A stretch of 63,649 bases of DNA from Octopus bimaculoides (Eukaryota), in assembly GCF_001194135.2 (NCBI RefSeq), contig NC_068984.1, positions 72,599,574-72,663,222 of the forward strand, read 5' to 3'. The number at the start of each line of letters is the position of its first letter. Within the stretch, counting starts at the first letter, position 1. The notes beneath the pieces were generated by a model, which made no database searches, was not told where the DNA came from, and saw only the letters and a list, made by a program, of their open reading frames with translations. Shown here in pieces: positions 53,461 through 63,649 of this stretch. A program made the position numbers and the translations under genes.

Positions 53461-53534
53461 TACATTTTCTGTCAACAAAGAGTTTTTTTTTTTTACAGCA
53501 ATTTTAACCATATTTAGAATTTAATGAACATTAC

Positions 53535-53624
53535 CTTGGTAGGAATTAATCCACTTTTGCCCACTAGATGTGTGGAACCAACTGTTGCACATGGCTGGAG
53601 TTCCTGCAAAGAATCTCTCTTATT
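53535..53624 (-). CDS. GMNN: Geminin coding exon 2, D-box region (NKRDSLQELQPCATVGSTHLVGKSGLIPTK)
   Basis: tctttgcag|...|gtaatg, 90 nt, phase 0/0. KRDSLQELQPCA...LVG resembles the geminin destruction-box region RRTLKMIQPSASGSLVG. Confidence 0.85.
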
Positions 53625-56432
53625 CTGCAAAGAACAGAGAATGGCTGAGTGGTAGGAAAAGGTAAATGTAATAACTATTAAGTTCCTAACAAAAAATTGT
53701 ATATGTCAAAAGACAAGACTTGTAATGATTTGAGCAGAAAATATCCAAAACCAGTGTCTTTATACAACTATTTGGAGCATCTTTGTTTTAATACATTGGC
53801 TGTAATGCAACTCTTAGTTTCAATTTTTTTTCTTTAATATATGTAGCCATTTGGACTTAAAATAATGTTGCACATGTATAAAGTTTAAAAAATGGAGAAT
53901 AAAGATGTTAATAATGAATTAAATGCAATTACTATCAGTAATGATCATACATGTACTGCAAAAAAAAAGTCGTCCCACCTGTCCCATGCAGTTTAATATA
54001 AATTTGCAGGTAACAAAAAAGTAGTTTTGACTATTTTAACACAAAAACAGTTCACTTTCATCCTGTAGTCCTATGATTTATATCAAGAGATCGACCCATC
54101 GTCCATTAGGAACCTTCCTCCCAATTTTTTTGGCTTATAACCCAAATTACCTGAAAACATGTGTCAGCATAGGAAACGGATGTTAAATGATGACCTTGTC
54201 ATATTTAAATGAGATTAATGCATATGTTGCTATGCCATGATAGCACAAGTACGTTACATTGCTGTTTGACTCGGATAGTGTCAATGAGGACCTGCAGAAC
54301 TGATATACACTTGTATGCACATGTTGGGCTTTCAGTTTCCTTTTCCCAATTCCATTCAAAATGTGCTTGCATTAAGATATAGACAGCAAAACCAAGCCCC
54401 AAAATATGAAGCTGTGAAGTGAATTTCATAGCCACACAGCTATGCCTGCCCCTATAATACATGCACACATCCTCTCATAATTCTATACTGATGGTCAGGT
54501 TTGCTCCCTTCTTAGAGACTACAATGATGTGGTAGGCCAATATCAGGGACTATTTTGTCAACACACAGATTGTATTAAAAAAAAAAAAATACTTGATTGA
54601 AATGGCATGAAGTGTATCACCAACACAACTCGGTTCTTTTCAAGACGGCATAGCAATTCTCATCACAGTAAAAATGGTGAGTTTTCTGAAAATTCAGGTT
54701 GAAAATGAGGACCAAGTTCGAGTATTTGAAAATTGACAAAACTACTCGGAAACGAATAGAACACTTTCGTTACTCAATAGTTTCGTTCTTCAATAATTTT
54801 CGTTTGCACTTCGTCATTTATATTCAACTTATCAATATGATCTTCTATGATGTGTTAATGTAAGAAACTGAGATACCATTGTATAAAACTGATACGACCG
54901 TCTCTGTACAAGTCCTTCACAGGAGGTCAATGGAGTTTCAAGTTTCCATAACAACATCAATTGCATAAGTTCTGCATTAGCATTTCCTCACTACACACAA
55001 ACAATATCTAGTTCTAGAAATTACATTACATTCCAATAGAAATTCAATGACATTAGCAAGATTGATATTATTCATTGTAAAAGTGACATTCAAAGGCATG
55101 ATTAAGCAATTTAAGAAGTTTACGTGTATCGGACTACAATAAATAACGAAAGTATTCAATAACGAACACATTAACAAACAGAAGCATATAATAATGCCTC
55201 ACAAGCAGAACTATTCAAATGAAAATGATTTTTCACTTTCTACGTATCAGTTCCTAAAGTTTTTTTGTTTTTTTTTTCTGAAATGGCATTCTTAAAACAC
55301 GAGTACAAGAATACATGCTGTTTACATATTCACGTGAAAGGATACTAATTAAAAGCACGCCACACATTCTCTCCTAGCTAACAATTAAGTCTATTTCAAG
55401 ACAAATTTCTAAAAATCTCGTCCGATGAAAGCGGTTTCGAAAAATGGTTGACGGATTTTAGGAATAGCTGTCACGAATAAAATGGATTTTCTTTATAGAA
55501 AAAGCACAATTTAAAATTTTTCTAGACATTCTGGGATTTCACGTGTAACATAAATAATACTTCATGAGCCAATGAGGGAGCCAGTGAAAACTAAAATTAA
55601 ACCGACTTATTAAGTTTTAAAATATGATTAATGAACACCATACTTAGGAATTTTTGTAGATATTCGCGGATTCCAGCATGTCAATTCAATGTAGTCACAT
55701 TTTGTAAAGGTATTGTTTACGTACATATCCAAAAACTTTACAATAGAACACTGACAAAATAATTTATCCTAATATCAACGACATAATGAATTATAAAAAA
55801 AAGATTAAATTATCAGAACTAATAATACATTAATCCAGTATCAGAAATTCTTTCGCTTAGTGGTAGCTACAGCACACCTATACAAGTGTGTCCCCGACTT
55901 AGTTTCCTAAGAACGTTCAGAAAAATAGGTAAGTTTTGATGAACTTTTTCAACCTTTCACATGGTTTAACATTACGATTATATCGGAATTCAATGTGGAA
56001 AAAAAAAAAAGAATTAGGAGCAGATACAGATCCATACTGACACATTATGTCTATATAACTACGAAATGAAACTAGAAATTCTGAAAAAATAAAATATTTG
56101 TGAGTATTTAATTTTGTTTTCCACATTAAATTCCAATACAGCACCTGAAAGGTATTTGTAAAAAAAATTCATTAGAACACAATTTTGCATGAAAGTTGGT
56201 GGGGTACAATTGTGTAGGTATGCCGTAATTATATATGCTACATTTTCGGAGGAACAACGGCGAAATAAAACTTAGATTTGTTTCGACCAAAGATTAGTCC
56301 AGGCCATGTCTAACTTGATAATATATTATTTAAATCATAAGTTAGTAAACAGTACTTGTACAAGCATTAACTCTATAATATGTGTCACTGTATTTAATGT
56401 TAGGATAAGTAGAAACAAATGTAATAACTAAC

Positions 56433-56456
56433 CGACAACTGGCATTTCTTTCCCAT
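56433..56456 (-). CDS. GMNN: Geminin coding exon 1 (MGKKCQLS)
   Basis: Minus strand reads AACC-ATG-G (good Kozak context), ATG GGA AAG AAA TGC CAG TTG TCG|gttagt. The phase-0 donor matches the phase-0 acceptor of the D-box exon, and the exon lies just downstream of E2F/CCAAT motifs. Confidence 0.7.
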
Positions 56457-56494
56457 GGTTTGATATAAGTATACAACTGAGGCAGCAGAAGTAA

Positions 56495-56630
56495 ATACAA
56501 ATGGCGAACAGCTGATTACTGCTTCTCTTCCAAACTTTACTTCCTCCAAATTTCCCGCTACATTTGTAGGCGCGATTTTGATTGGTTTAATTTCTGAAGC
56601 ATGATTAGCATAAATTATCGTAAATTGGAT
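56495..56630 (-). promoter_or_regulatory. Putative geminin promoter with E2F and CCAAT (NF-Y) motifs
   Basis: TTTCCCGC at 56551-56558 (canonical E2F site), GGCGCG at 56569-56574, TGGCGAA at 56502-56508, and ATTGG at 56581-56585 and 56624-56628. All lie within about 170 nt upstream of the ATG. Confidence 0.65.
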
Positions 56631-56834
56631 TGACAGTGAATAGTGGAATACGAAGTTTTGATACAAGTTGGCTCATGTGTTTACATATAAACACGTATCT
56701 ATCTCTTTATCTATCTAATGCATATGGATATGATATATGTCTATATTTATAAAGTGAGAGAGAAAGCGCTATAATAACATACTCAGCATAACAACCCGTT
56801 ATTAATTCAGGGCTAATTTAAACACACTCATACA

Positions 56835-56868
<34 letters not shown>

Positions 56869-58286
56869 GTATGTATATATTTATATTTCATGGATAAAAT
56901 CTATCTATTTAGGATTGACAGTGCTATATAAATAGTTTTTATCAAACTCTTGACTACCTTCTATTTCTTCACATATACACATCAGCAGTTCTATGCAGCC
57001 GCTTAACTTTTAGAAACAACAGCTAAATCGCTCTTAAACCACTATTATTTCGTATTGCAAATTATTACAAAATATTTATAAAGAACATATTAGATATTCT
57101 AGATACACATAGCCTGGAAATAATTACACAGGAAGCATGTCTTTGATAGGAATTCTTTTAAATAAAAATGAAAATAATACGAAAAAGAGAGGGGGGAAAA
57201 AAAAACATTTCTGTCAGTATATTGTAAATTATCAACTACAGTAAAGTCACATTCGTATTTTTCATCGGCTTTTATTGTTGGAATTTAAACCCTTTTAACA
57301 CCCTCTTTCTACCGAAGTACACTGCCTCTGTTTCAATTAATATTGTAAATAATGAAAATTTAAACTATCATTATTAGCTGGTGTTTGGAACGTGAGTTTA
57401 AATATAATTTTGATGGCAGTTTTTAGTTTAGATCACTTTAAAACGAAGTTTGCATCATAGAATTAGGAGCAGACTTAGCAGGTTGTTAGTAGAAAATAAA
57501 GTAAGATTTCACTGCTATTTCTAGCATGTCCGACAGCTGAAAAATACTTTCTTTTAGTCTATTAAACGGCTTTTTTTCTTCTTTTTTTTTCTGATGGTGA
57601 TGAATTTTATCAAATAAATTCTGCTCCCCTAAAGCTGTTGAACCACAGTACTGACCAAAAGCGTACTACGATCGAAATCGAAAACAACCACAGAAGTGTA
57701 CTTGGTTTCTTTCAGAGGAAACTAATGCTGGCCTACACCGGCAATTAACGAGTAGGCATGATTTCAATCGTCTAAAGCATCTTCTTCGTGGAAGACACAT
57801 TTATTCAACATTTAAGTCATTTGCACTTGTTTAGGCTTAGCGGATTTGTATACGGTCAGTTTTCTTTTTCTTTTGTTATAAAGGCGATCGAAACAAAAAT
57901 AAAATAAGTACATGTTGTGTTTGATCGAAAGAGAGAGATAGAGAACAGAGAAGTTAATAAGCAAAACAAGAAACAGGAAAAGAGAATAGAAACTGTATAG
58001 ACAGGTAGTTAAGGAGAAGGAGAGGGATGAAGAAAGATACTGAATGAAAACTGTAAACCATAAATACATCTTGAAGCACTTTAACTTAACTTTTCTTGTT
58101 TGTTTTAGCAACGACAAAGGTCACTTCCGTTTTCTCACTCACCCTCGCGCTTCGATACATGTCATCTTTATTTTTATTTTTGCTTTTTTTAATTTTTCTT
58201 TCATATTTTTTTGTATTTATTGATTATATTTTGGATTTTTATGAGATAAAATTTTCTCAATAGCACTAAGAGTAAAAGATGTTTTA

Positions 58287-58493
58287 GGTACTACTAAAGC
58301 AGCGTGGTCCCGAACGCGCAGTCACGCGTCCGCGCTAGCTAGTCGTGATTGGTAGATCCTAACCCTAACCCTAAACACGTATTCATTTACGCGCGCACGC
58401 GCACTTTTTGTAGGATCGACCACTCACGACTAGCTAGCGCTGACGCGCAACTGCGTGACTGCGAGTTCGGGACCACGCTGCTTTAGTAGTACT
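58287..58493. mobile_element. Foldback MITE with 9-bp TSD (Mutator-like) and internal CCCTAA repeats
   Basis: Arms 58287-58360 and 58412-58493 are near-perfect inverted repeats with one 8-nt indel. GATGTTTTA is duplicated at 58278-58286 and 58494-58502. Confidence 0.85.
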
Positions 58494-59170
58494 GATGTTT
58501 TATATGACACATTCTACCAGTGTCCCAAGTTTGAAAGTGTTTCGTTAAGAAAACAAGAGGCGCCCGCCAAATCAGAAATGTACCCCACTGATTTTGTTTC
58601 CTCATAACTTCCACAAAAATGGTTACTTTTTAACGAAATTTTCTACAAATACGTTTCACATGGTGTAGAAGCCGCTTATATCTAAATATGTTGTGATAAA
58701 AACGTTTCGGGGAAGTTTGGACAAAAGATTTTTAAAATTCACAAGAGTCGACTTTCTTTCCTCATGACTTTCGAAGAAAAGGAGTATTTTTAAATCAAAA
58801 TATCTACAAATACCTTTCAGCGTGTCTAGAGTACGATTATATAAGAATTTAATATGGAAATACAAAGTGGTGGGATAGAACACATACATACTGACATACA
58901 TCACATCTTTATATATATATACAGACATACATACATGCATAAAGCAATGCGTATACATATACAAATGTTCCCCACCAACTTTGTTTCATTATATCTTCCA
59001 GAAGAATGAATATTTTTCAATTAGTCTTTTACAAATATGTTTAAGAGGGTTCAGATTCCGATTATATCTGAATTTGTTGCGAAAAATGTATTAAGGGTGT
59101 GTAGGGAGAGAAGATACAGAAAATTGATACAGGTCGGCTTTCAAGAATTCGCTTATTTCTTCCTTCCAAG

Positions 59171-59539
59171 CTACAGAATGGCAGTAACAGGAAAGTTACT
59201 TCTTCAAATGTAAATAAGTTTGTGAATAGCACAACTCATTTACAAAATAGTACATTCAAACCAGAGTGGGTGGAACTGTCAGATAGGTTGGGGCGGTTTT
59301 CAATTCGACTCTCTGAACTGAGTTCAATATCTACTGACATCAATTTTAACATTCAAGATTTCGGGATTAGTCCAAGACGCTTGAATGAAGGTATTATTAG
59401 AGTGTTGAATATTGAATCTACTCCCGAGAATTTATTAACCCCCTCAGCAGTAGATTGTCTTCATTTCATTGACCATGCCAAGTGTGTTCACGTATTAGTT
59501 ATTTTACTACGTGTGATGTCAAGTGATCGCTCTACTTGA
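59171..59539 (+). other. Unidentified candidate coding exon
   Basis: Stop-free frame from 59105 to 59539 in non-repetitive sequence, with a polypyrimidine acceptor ttatttcttccttccaag at 59170. No recognisable homology. Confidence 0.3.
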
Positions 59540-59739
59540 ACCAGACTTTATAAATTGTTGCACGGGGTAGCGCAGAAACTATACTTGCGTCATCTAGCTA
59601 AACTGTTACACTTAATAACTGGAACTTAATGGTTGAAACAGTGTGACAATGATAATCAAGATGAAGCAATTAGTCCGAATATATTAGTGCGTAGTACTTA
59701 TCTCTGGTTAAGATACAAGACCAGCAAAATCGTGAGATG

Positions 59740-60330
59740 TGGCCAGTCGACAGCACCGACCTAGTACTTACTTGACTGACGCTTTATTATATCAACCCTG
59801 AGAATATTGAAAGCAAAGTTGACCTCGACAGGATTCGAATTCGGAAGGTAAAGAGCTTGAAGCAATACCACAATTTAGTTTTCCGATGCTCTCACAATTC
59901 TGTCAGCTCAATGTCTTATAATAATCCTTTCTACATTAAGGCGCCGAGCTGGCAGAATGGTTAGCACGCCCGGTTAAGATGCTTAGCGACAGTTCGTTCG
60001 TCTTTATGTTCTGATTTCAAATTTTGCGGACATCGATTTACCTTTCATCATTTCTAGGTCGATGAAATAAGTACAAATAAAGCATTGAGATCGGTGTTAT
60101 AGACTTTACCCCGAAAGTGCTGCCAAAATTTGAAGCCAATAATCCCTGCTTCTAGTTACAAGGTCAATCATTTTAGAGGGAGGGGTCTAGTTGATTACAT
60201 CGATACCAGTACTTGGCTCATACTTATTTTCTCGACATCGAAAGGATGAAAGGCAAAATCGACCTCGGCAGAATTTAAACTCAGCGTATAGCGAGGAAAA
60301 ATGCTGTTAACCATTTTGTCTGACGCGATA
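59740..60330. mobile_element. Three SINE family B copies in alternating orientation (-,+,-)
   Basis: About 59740-59915 (-), 59940-60140 (+) and 60150-60330 (-). Confidence 0.7.
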
Positions 60331-60345
60331 ACAATGATGAATCTT

Positions 60346-60620
60346 CATCATCATCGTTTAACGTCCGCTTTCCATGCTAGCATGGGTTGGACGATTTGAC
60401 TGAGGACTGGTGAACCAGATGGCTACACTAGGCTCCAATCTGATTTGGCAGAGTTTCTACAGCTGGATGCCCTTCCTAACGCCAACCACTCAGAGAGTGT
60501 AGTGGGTGCTTTTACGTGCCACCGGCACGAAGGCCAGTCAGGATGTACTGGCAACGGCCACACTCGAAATGGTGTATTTTACGTGTCACCTGCACAGGAG
60601 CCAGTCCAGCGGTACTCACC
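60346..60620 (-). mobile_element. RTE 3'-tail repeat (same family as 51130-51745)
   Basis: Reverse complement of the 51560-51745 tail; starts catcatcatcgtttaacgtccgctttccatgctagc. Confidence 0.8.
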
Positions 60621-61864
60621 TTAGAAATTCAGATAAAATGTATCACAATTGTCTCGAGCATATGCCATACATTTTGGGGAAGGGTTAGTAATTCCATCAA
60701 TCCCAACTAGTTCTTGACTACAACGTTTTTTTTTTATTGATGAATAATGAAAAGCAAACTCAATTTAAGCGAGGTTTGAACTTCACAATCAGGTTTCACC
60801 CGAGGCTAAGCAACGAAAGTTCGTTTTGTCTTTCTCGGTCGCGATTAAAATAACAGCTCAGGCACCTACCACGGAGTTACTGAAAGATAGATGGAAGGAT
60901 ACTAAATTACTGCCTTAAGAAGAAAAATTGTTACTTTCCTAGACGAGTCTATCTTTGTCAGCTGACAATGTGATGAAAATGAAAAAAATACTAATAAATC
61001 ATTTTTGAAAAATATAAAAACAGAAACTCGAATGTAGATTTGATCATAAACGGCAAAGAAAATAAAAAAGTATTTCTGAATCAAATTTTCTCGTTAAGTC
61101 AGGTAATACAAATATTAAATAGCAACTGACATTAATGCGATAGACACCTTGAAGACAAACGCATCTTATCTCTTTACTTCTCAAGACGATGTCATCACAA
61201 AGTCTGTGTAAAGATGTATAAGTCTTAAAGAAGTTGTCAGAGAAACAATAAAAACGTTCTTCACGCGAAAATTTCATTGTATAACCATATTAACATACAC
61301 ACACACACTTCCTTCTCTCTCCCTCCCTCACTCCCCCCTCTCTCTATATATATATGTATGTATGTATGCACACACTTTTATTTACATGAGTCATCTGAAT
61401 GTTGCCATATAACGAATAGAGAAGTTAACTTATATAAGGATGCAAATCAATGCACCAATTTATAACTTGATTGTCGAGGTTATAAGAATTATTAACGTGG
61501 AGAGAACGTGAAATAATCCTCCTTTGTAACATATCTTAAAGCAGATTGATTTAAAGAATAGCGTGTAAATCGTCAACAAAGCCCTTCGGATAGAAAGAAA
61601 AAAAAGACGAAGGATAATTGTGAGACTTGGACTTACATCTCCTCTAAAGCAATCCCTCGAATTTCTGTATGTGTTCTACAAACCTCATACTTACCAGCGA
61701 GAACTCCTTGTTGCTGACGTCGAAATTCTTAAACTTCGAGAGAACGTGAAATAATAATTTTTGCAATAGTGATTCTCGAAGCAAATACACGTATAAATGG
61801 AGAAATTCAATAGATGGCCTTGGTCCACTGGTAGTATGCATATACGTATATCCCAAGGCAAATA

Positions 61865-61865
61865 T

Positions 61866-61958
<93 letters not shown>

Positions 61959-61970
61959 AATATATATATA
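61865..61970. repeat. Long (CA)n/(TA)n microsatellite inside the PLE remnant
   Basis: Read directly; one of many CA/TA/GA tracts in the window. Confidence 0.95.
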
Positions 61971-62133
61971 GGAGAGGTTTTGGTGTCCAGAAAACTCAAT
62001 AGGCAGGTAAGTGCTACGGAAGGTTCGATAACAGTATGACTGAGGAGTCTAATGAGGGGCGTGTACATGTTAAAATCTGACAAGAAAGCCAAGGCAGCGT
62101 GAGATTTCTAAGACATTTATAAAAAGAAAGGTA

Positions 62134-62181
62134 GTCTTACAGCTGTTTCAGGGATTTAAGATATATCCCATCATCAGAGAC
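62134..62181 (-). ncRNA. Minimal type-I hammerhead ribozyme (PLE-type)
   Basis: Minus strand GTCT-CTGATGA-TGGGAT-atatcttaa-ATCCCT-GAAAC-AGCT-GTA-AGAC: intact core (CUGAUGA, GAAA, GUA triplet), 4-bp stem I, 5-bp stem II with a U-U closing pair, and palindromic AGCT loop III. Confidence 0.8.
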
Positions 62182-62384
62182 GATATAAGAGAGTTAAATA
62201 TAAGGAAATAGTAGAGTTCAATATAAGATGTTAGTTTGGAAAGGGGGAGATATAGGAAGTATAAAGGGAAAAATGAGTATAGAATAATTTTATTCTTATA
62301 TTTCTCTTTATACTTCCTATATTTCCCCCTTCCAGAATAACTTCTAATATTGAACTCTCCTATTTCCTTATATTTAGCTCCCTC

Positions 62385-62440
62385 GTATCGTCTCCAATGA
62401 TGAGATATCCCTTGCATCTCAGAAGCAGGTGTAAGACTAC
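62385..62440 (+). ncRNA. Degenerate hammerhead ribozyme copy in the opposite arm
   Basis: GTAtcGTCT-CCAATGA-TGAGAT-atcccttgc-ATCTCA-GAAGC-AGGT-GTA-AGACTAC: stems intact, core mutated. Confidence 0.65.
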
Positions 62441-62548
62441 CTTTTTCTTTATAAATGTCCAAGAAATCTCGCACTGCCTTGACTTTGTTGTCTTTGTGGT
62501 CAATGTGAAAATCTCGCATGTTTAAAGATGATTTAAGAACGTGAACTA

Positions 62549-62685
62549 TTAGGTTGAGGAAAACGTTCCTGCGCCGTGAGTCACCATTGAACATGGCACG
62601 AAGTGAATGAACAAACACACCATAAAAATATATTTTAAAAAAAGCATTATTTTGACGCTGCGCACGAACTTTTTCCTCAACCTAA
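62549..62685. mobile_element. Mariner-type MITE with TA TSD
   Basis: TIRs TTAGGTTGAGGAAAA(C/A)GTTC(C/G)TGCGC flanked by TA at 62547-62548 and 62686-62687. Resembles Hsmar1/MADE-type TIRs (TTAGGTTGGTGCAAAAG...). Confidence 0.8.
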
Positions 62686-63649
62686 TATTTTATGATTGGA
62701 ATAACGGTTAGAATAATGCATATACTCACAAGCTGATACTGGAATGAAAGCGGTTATTTAAGCTATTGTTAACGGTATAGAAATATTTTCGGTTTCTAAA
62801 ATTATACAACTTATATTTTCTGTGAACATAGTTTGCATTCTTTCTTAAATTCTTAAACGGCAATCAAGTAAATGGGGTACTAGGAAAAGAAAAAAACAAA
62901 ACAAAAAAAAACGAAGCATGTACACACACACACACACACGCACACACACACACACATAGATATATGCATATATGTATATATAAATATCTAAATACTCATA
63001 CACTCAGAGGAAAGGGTATATTTGATTCTGAACATATAAAAGTTGATGCTTGAGTTTGTCAATATAAATATATAATTGTATGTGTTCATGTATGTGTGTT
63101 GAAGTGTATATTTGTATATATGCATGTATATTTGAAAACGTTACTTTTTCAGTGTATGTGTACAAATATGTCTGTCTGTGTGTATGTATGTGTGTGTTTG
63201 TGTGTGTGTATTATTCATATTTATTTGATACATCAGCACATAAACAATTTTCAAAGACGATATTTATATATCAAAACGATATGTGTTTATCAGGAAATAT
63301 CATTTGTTATTCACAGAACTTAAGCGTGACACATTTTTTTGCCTATGAAATCATTTATTTACAAAATTTAATATAATATAAAGTACGTATGCATATGCAC
63401 ACATATGTGTGTGTGTGCGCGCGAAGTATACATATCCCCCATCTACACACACACACACACACACATAAGTACATATGCATATATAATACATATGTACGTA
63501 CGTAAGTACACACACACTTTTATGCGTATGTACATATATATATATATATGTGCTTGTGTATGAGTGAGTGTGTGCGCGTGTATAAACACACACATAAATA
63601 CATATATATACATCTATCTATCTATCTATATATTTATATATATATATAT

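Larger units (their letters stand above)
61400..62500 (-). mobile_element. Penelope-like element remnant with inverted terminal-repeat pair
   Basis: Minus-strand RT-like fragments (SFLDTKTSPIY...HTTSGPRPSIEFLHLYVYL) are interrupted by a CA microsatellite. Inverted arms at about 62078-62285 and 62290-62494 each carry a hammerhead motif. Confidence 0.6.

Noticed and set aside
54760-55130. Cys-containing fragments faintly like an ISXO2-type transposase N-terminus
   Set aside because: Too degenerate to assign without a profile search.
56400-56666. 88-aa minus ORF, and a plus frame YTTEAAEV...LISEA* with a hydrophobic end
   Set aside because: Overlaps the geminin promoter and 5' UTR. Only the final MGKKCQLS is supported by a donor; the rest lacks splice support.
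21-63593. Dozens of ORF-track entries rich in HT/YI/CV/ER repeats or X
   Set aside because: They are translations of CA/TA/GA microsatellites and N gaps, not genes.
1-63649. CRISPR arrays, rRNA, operons or other prokaryotic systems
   Set aside because: None seen; the window is eukaryotic, with spliceosomal introns and SINE/LINE content.

Overview
Eukaryotic, AT-rich, microsatellite- and repeat-dense scaffold window with N gaps. The repeat families suggest Octopus (cephalopod); this is an inference from recognition, not a database result. The one clear protein-coding gene is geminin (GMNN) on the minus strand, which I assembled by hand as 7 coding exons: 56456-56433, 53624-53535, 42857-42683, 40005-39923, 35655-35614, 35530-35441 and 33851-33768. 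It gives 195 aa, all introns are GT-AG with matching phases, and it has an N-terminal D-box-like RxxL and the YWK coiled coil. An E2F/CCAAT-type promoter lies at about 56500-56630. Intron 2 holds a near-full-length decayed hAT transposon with 18-bp TIRs. The rest of the window is tRNA-derived SINEs, RTE and Tx1 LINE fragments, mariner/piggyBac/Mutator-like MITEs, and several Penelope-like element (PLE) remnants. Most notable: (i) an inverted pair of PLE terminal repeats at about 62.1-62.5 kb, each carrying a minimal type-I hammerhead ribozyme motif with stem covariation, plus further hammerhead-like motifs at 13.0 and 7.8 kb; (ii) a transposon-derived in-frame splice donor that could yield a D-box-less geminin; (iii) a CpG-depleted domain at about 25-54.5 kb that extends past the geminin stop codon; (iv) a CpG-rich foldback MITE with a telomere-like core and 9-bp TSD upstream of geminin. 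Most ORF-track entries are microsatellite or N-gap artefacts. Repeat boundaries are approximate unless TIRs or TSDs are quoted.
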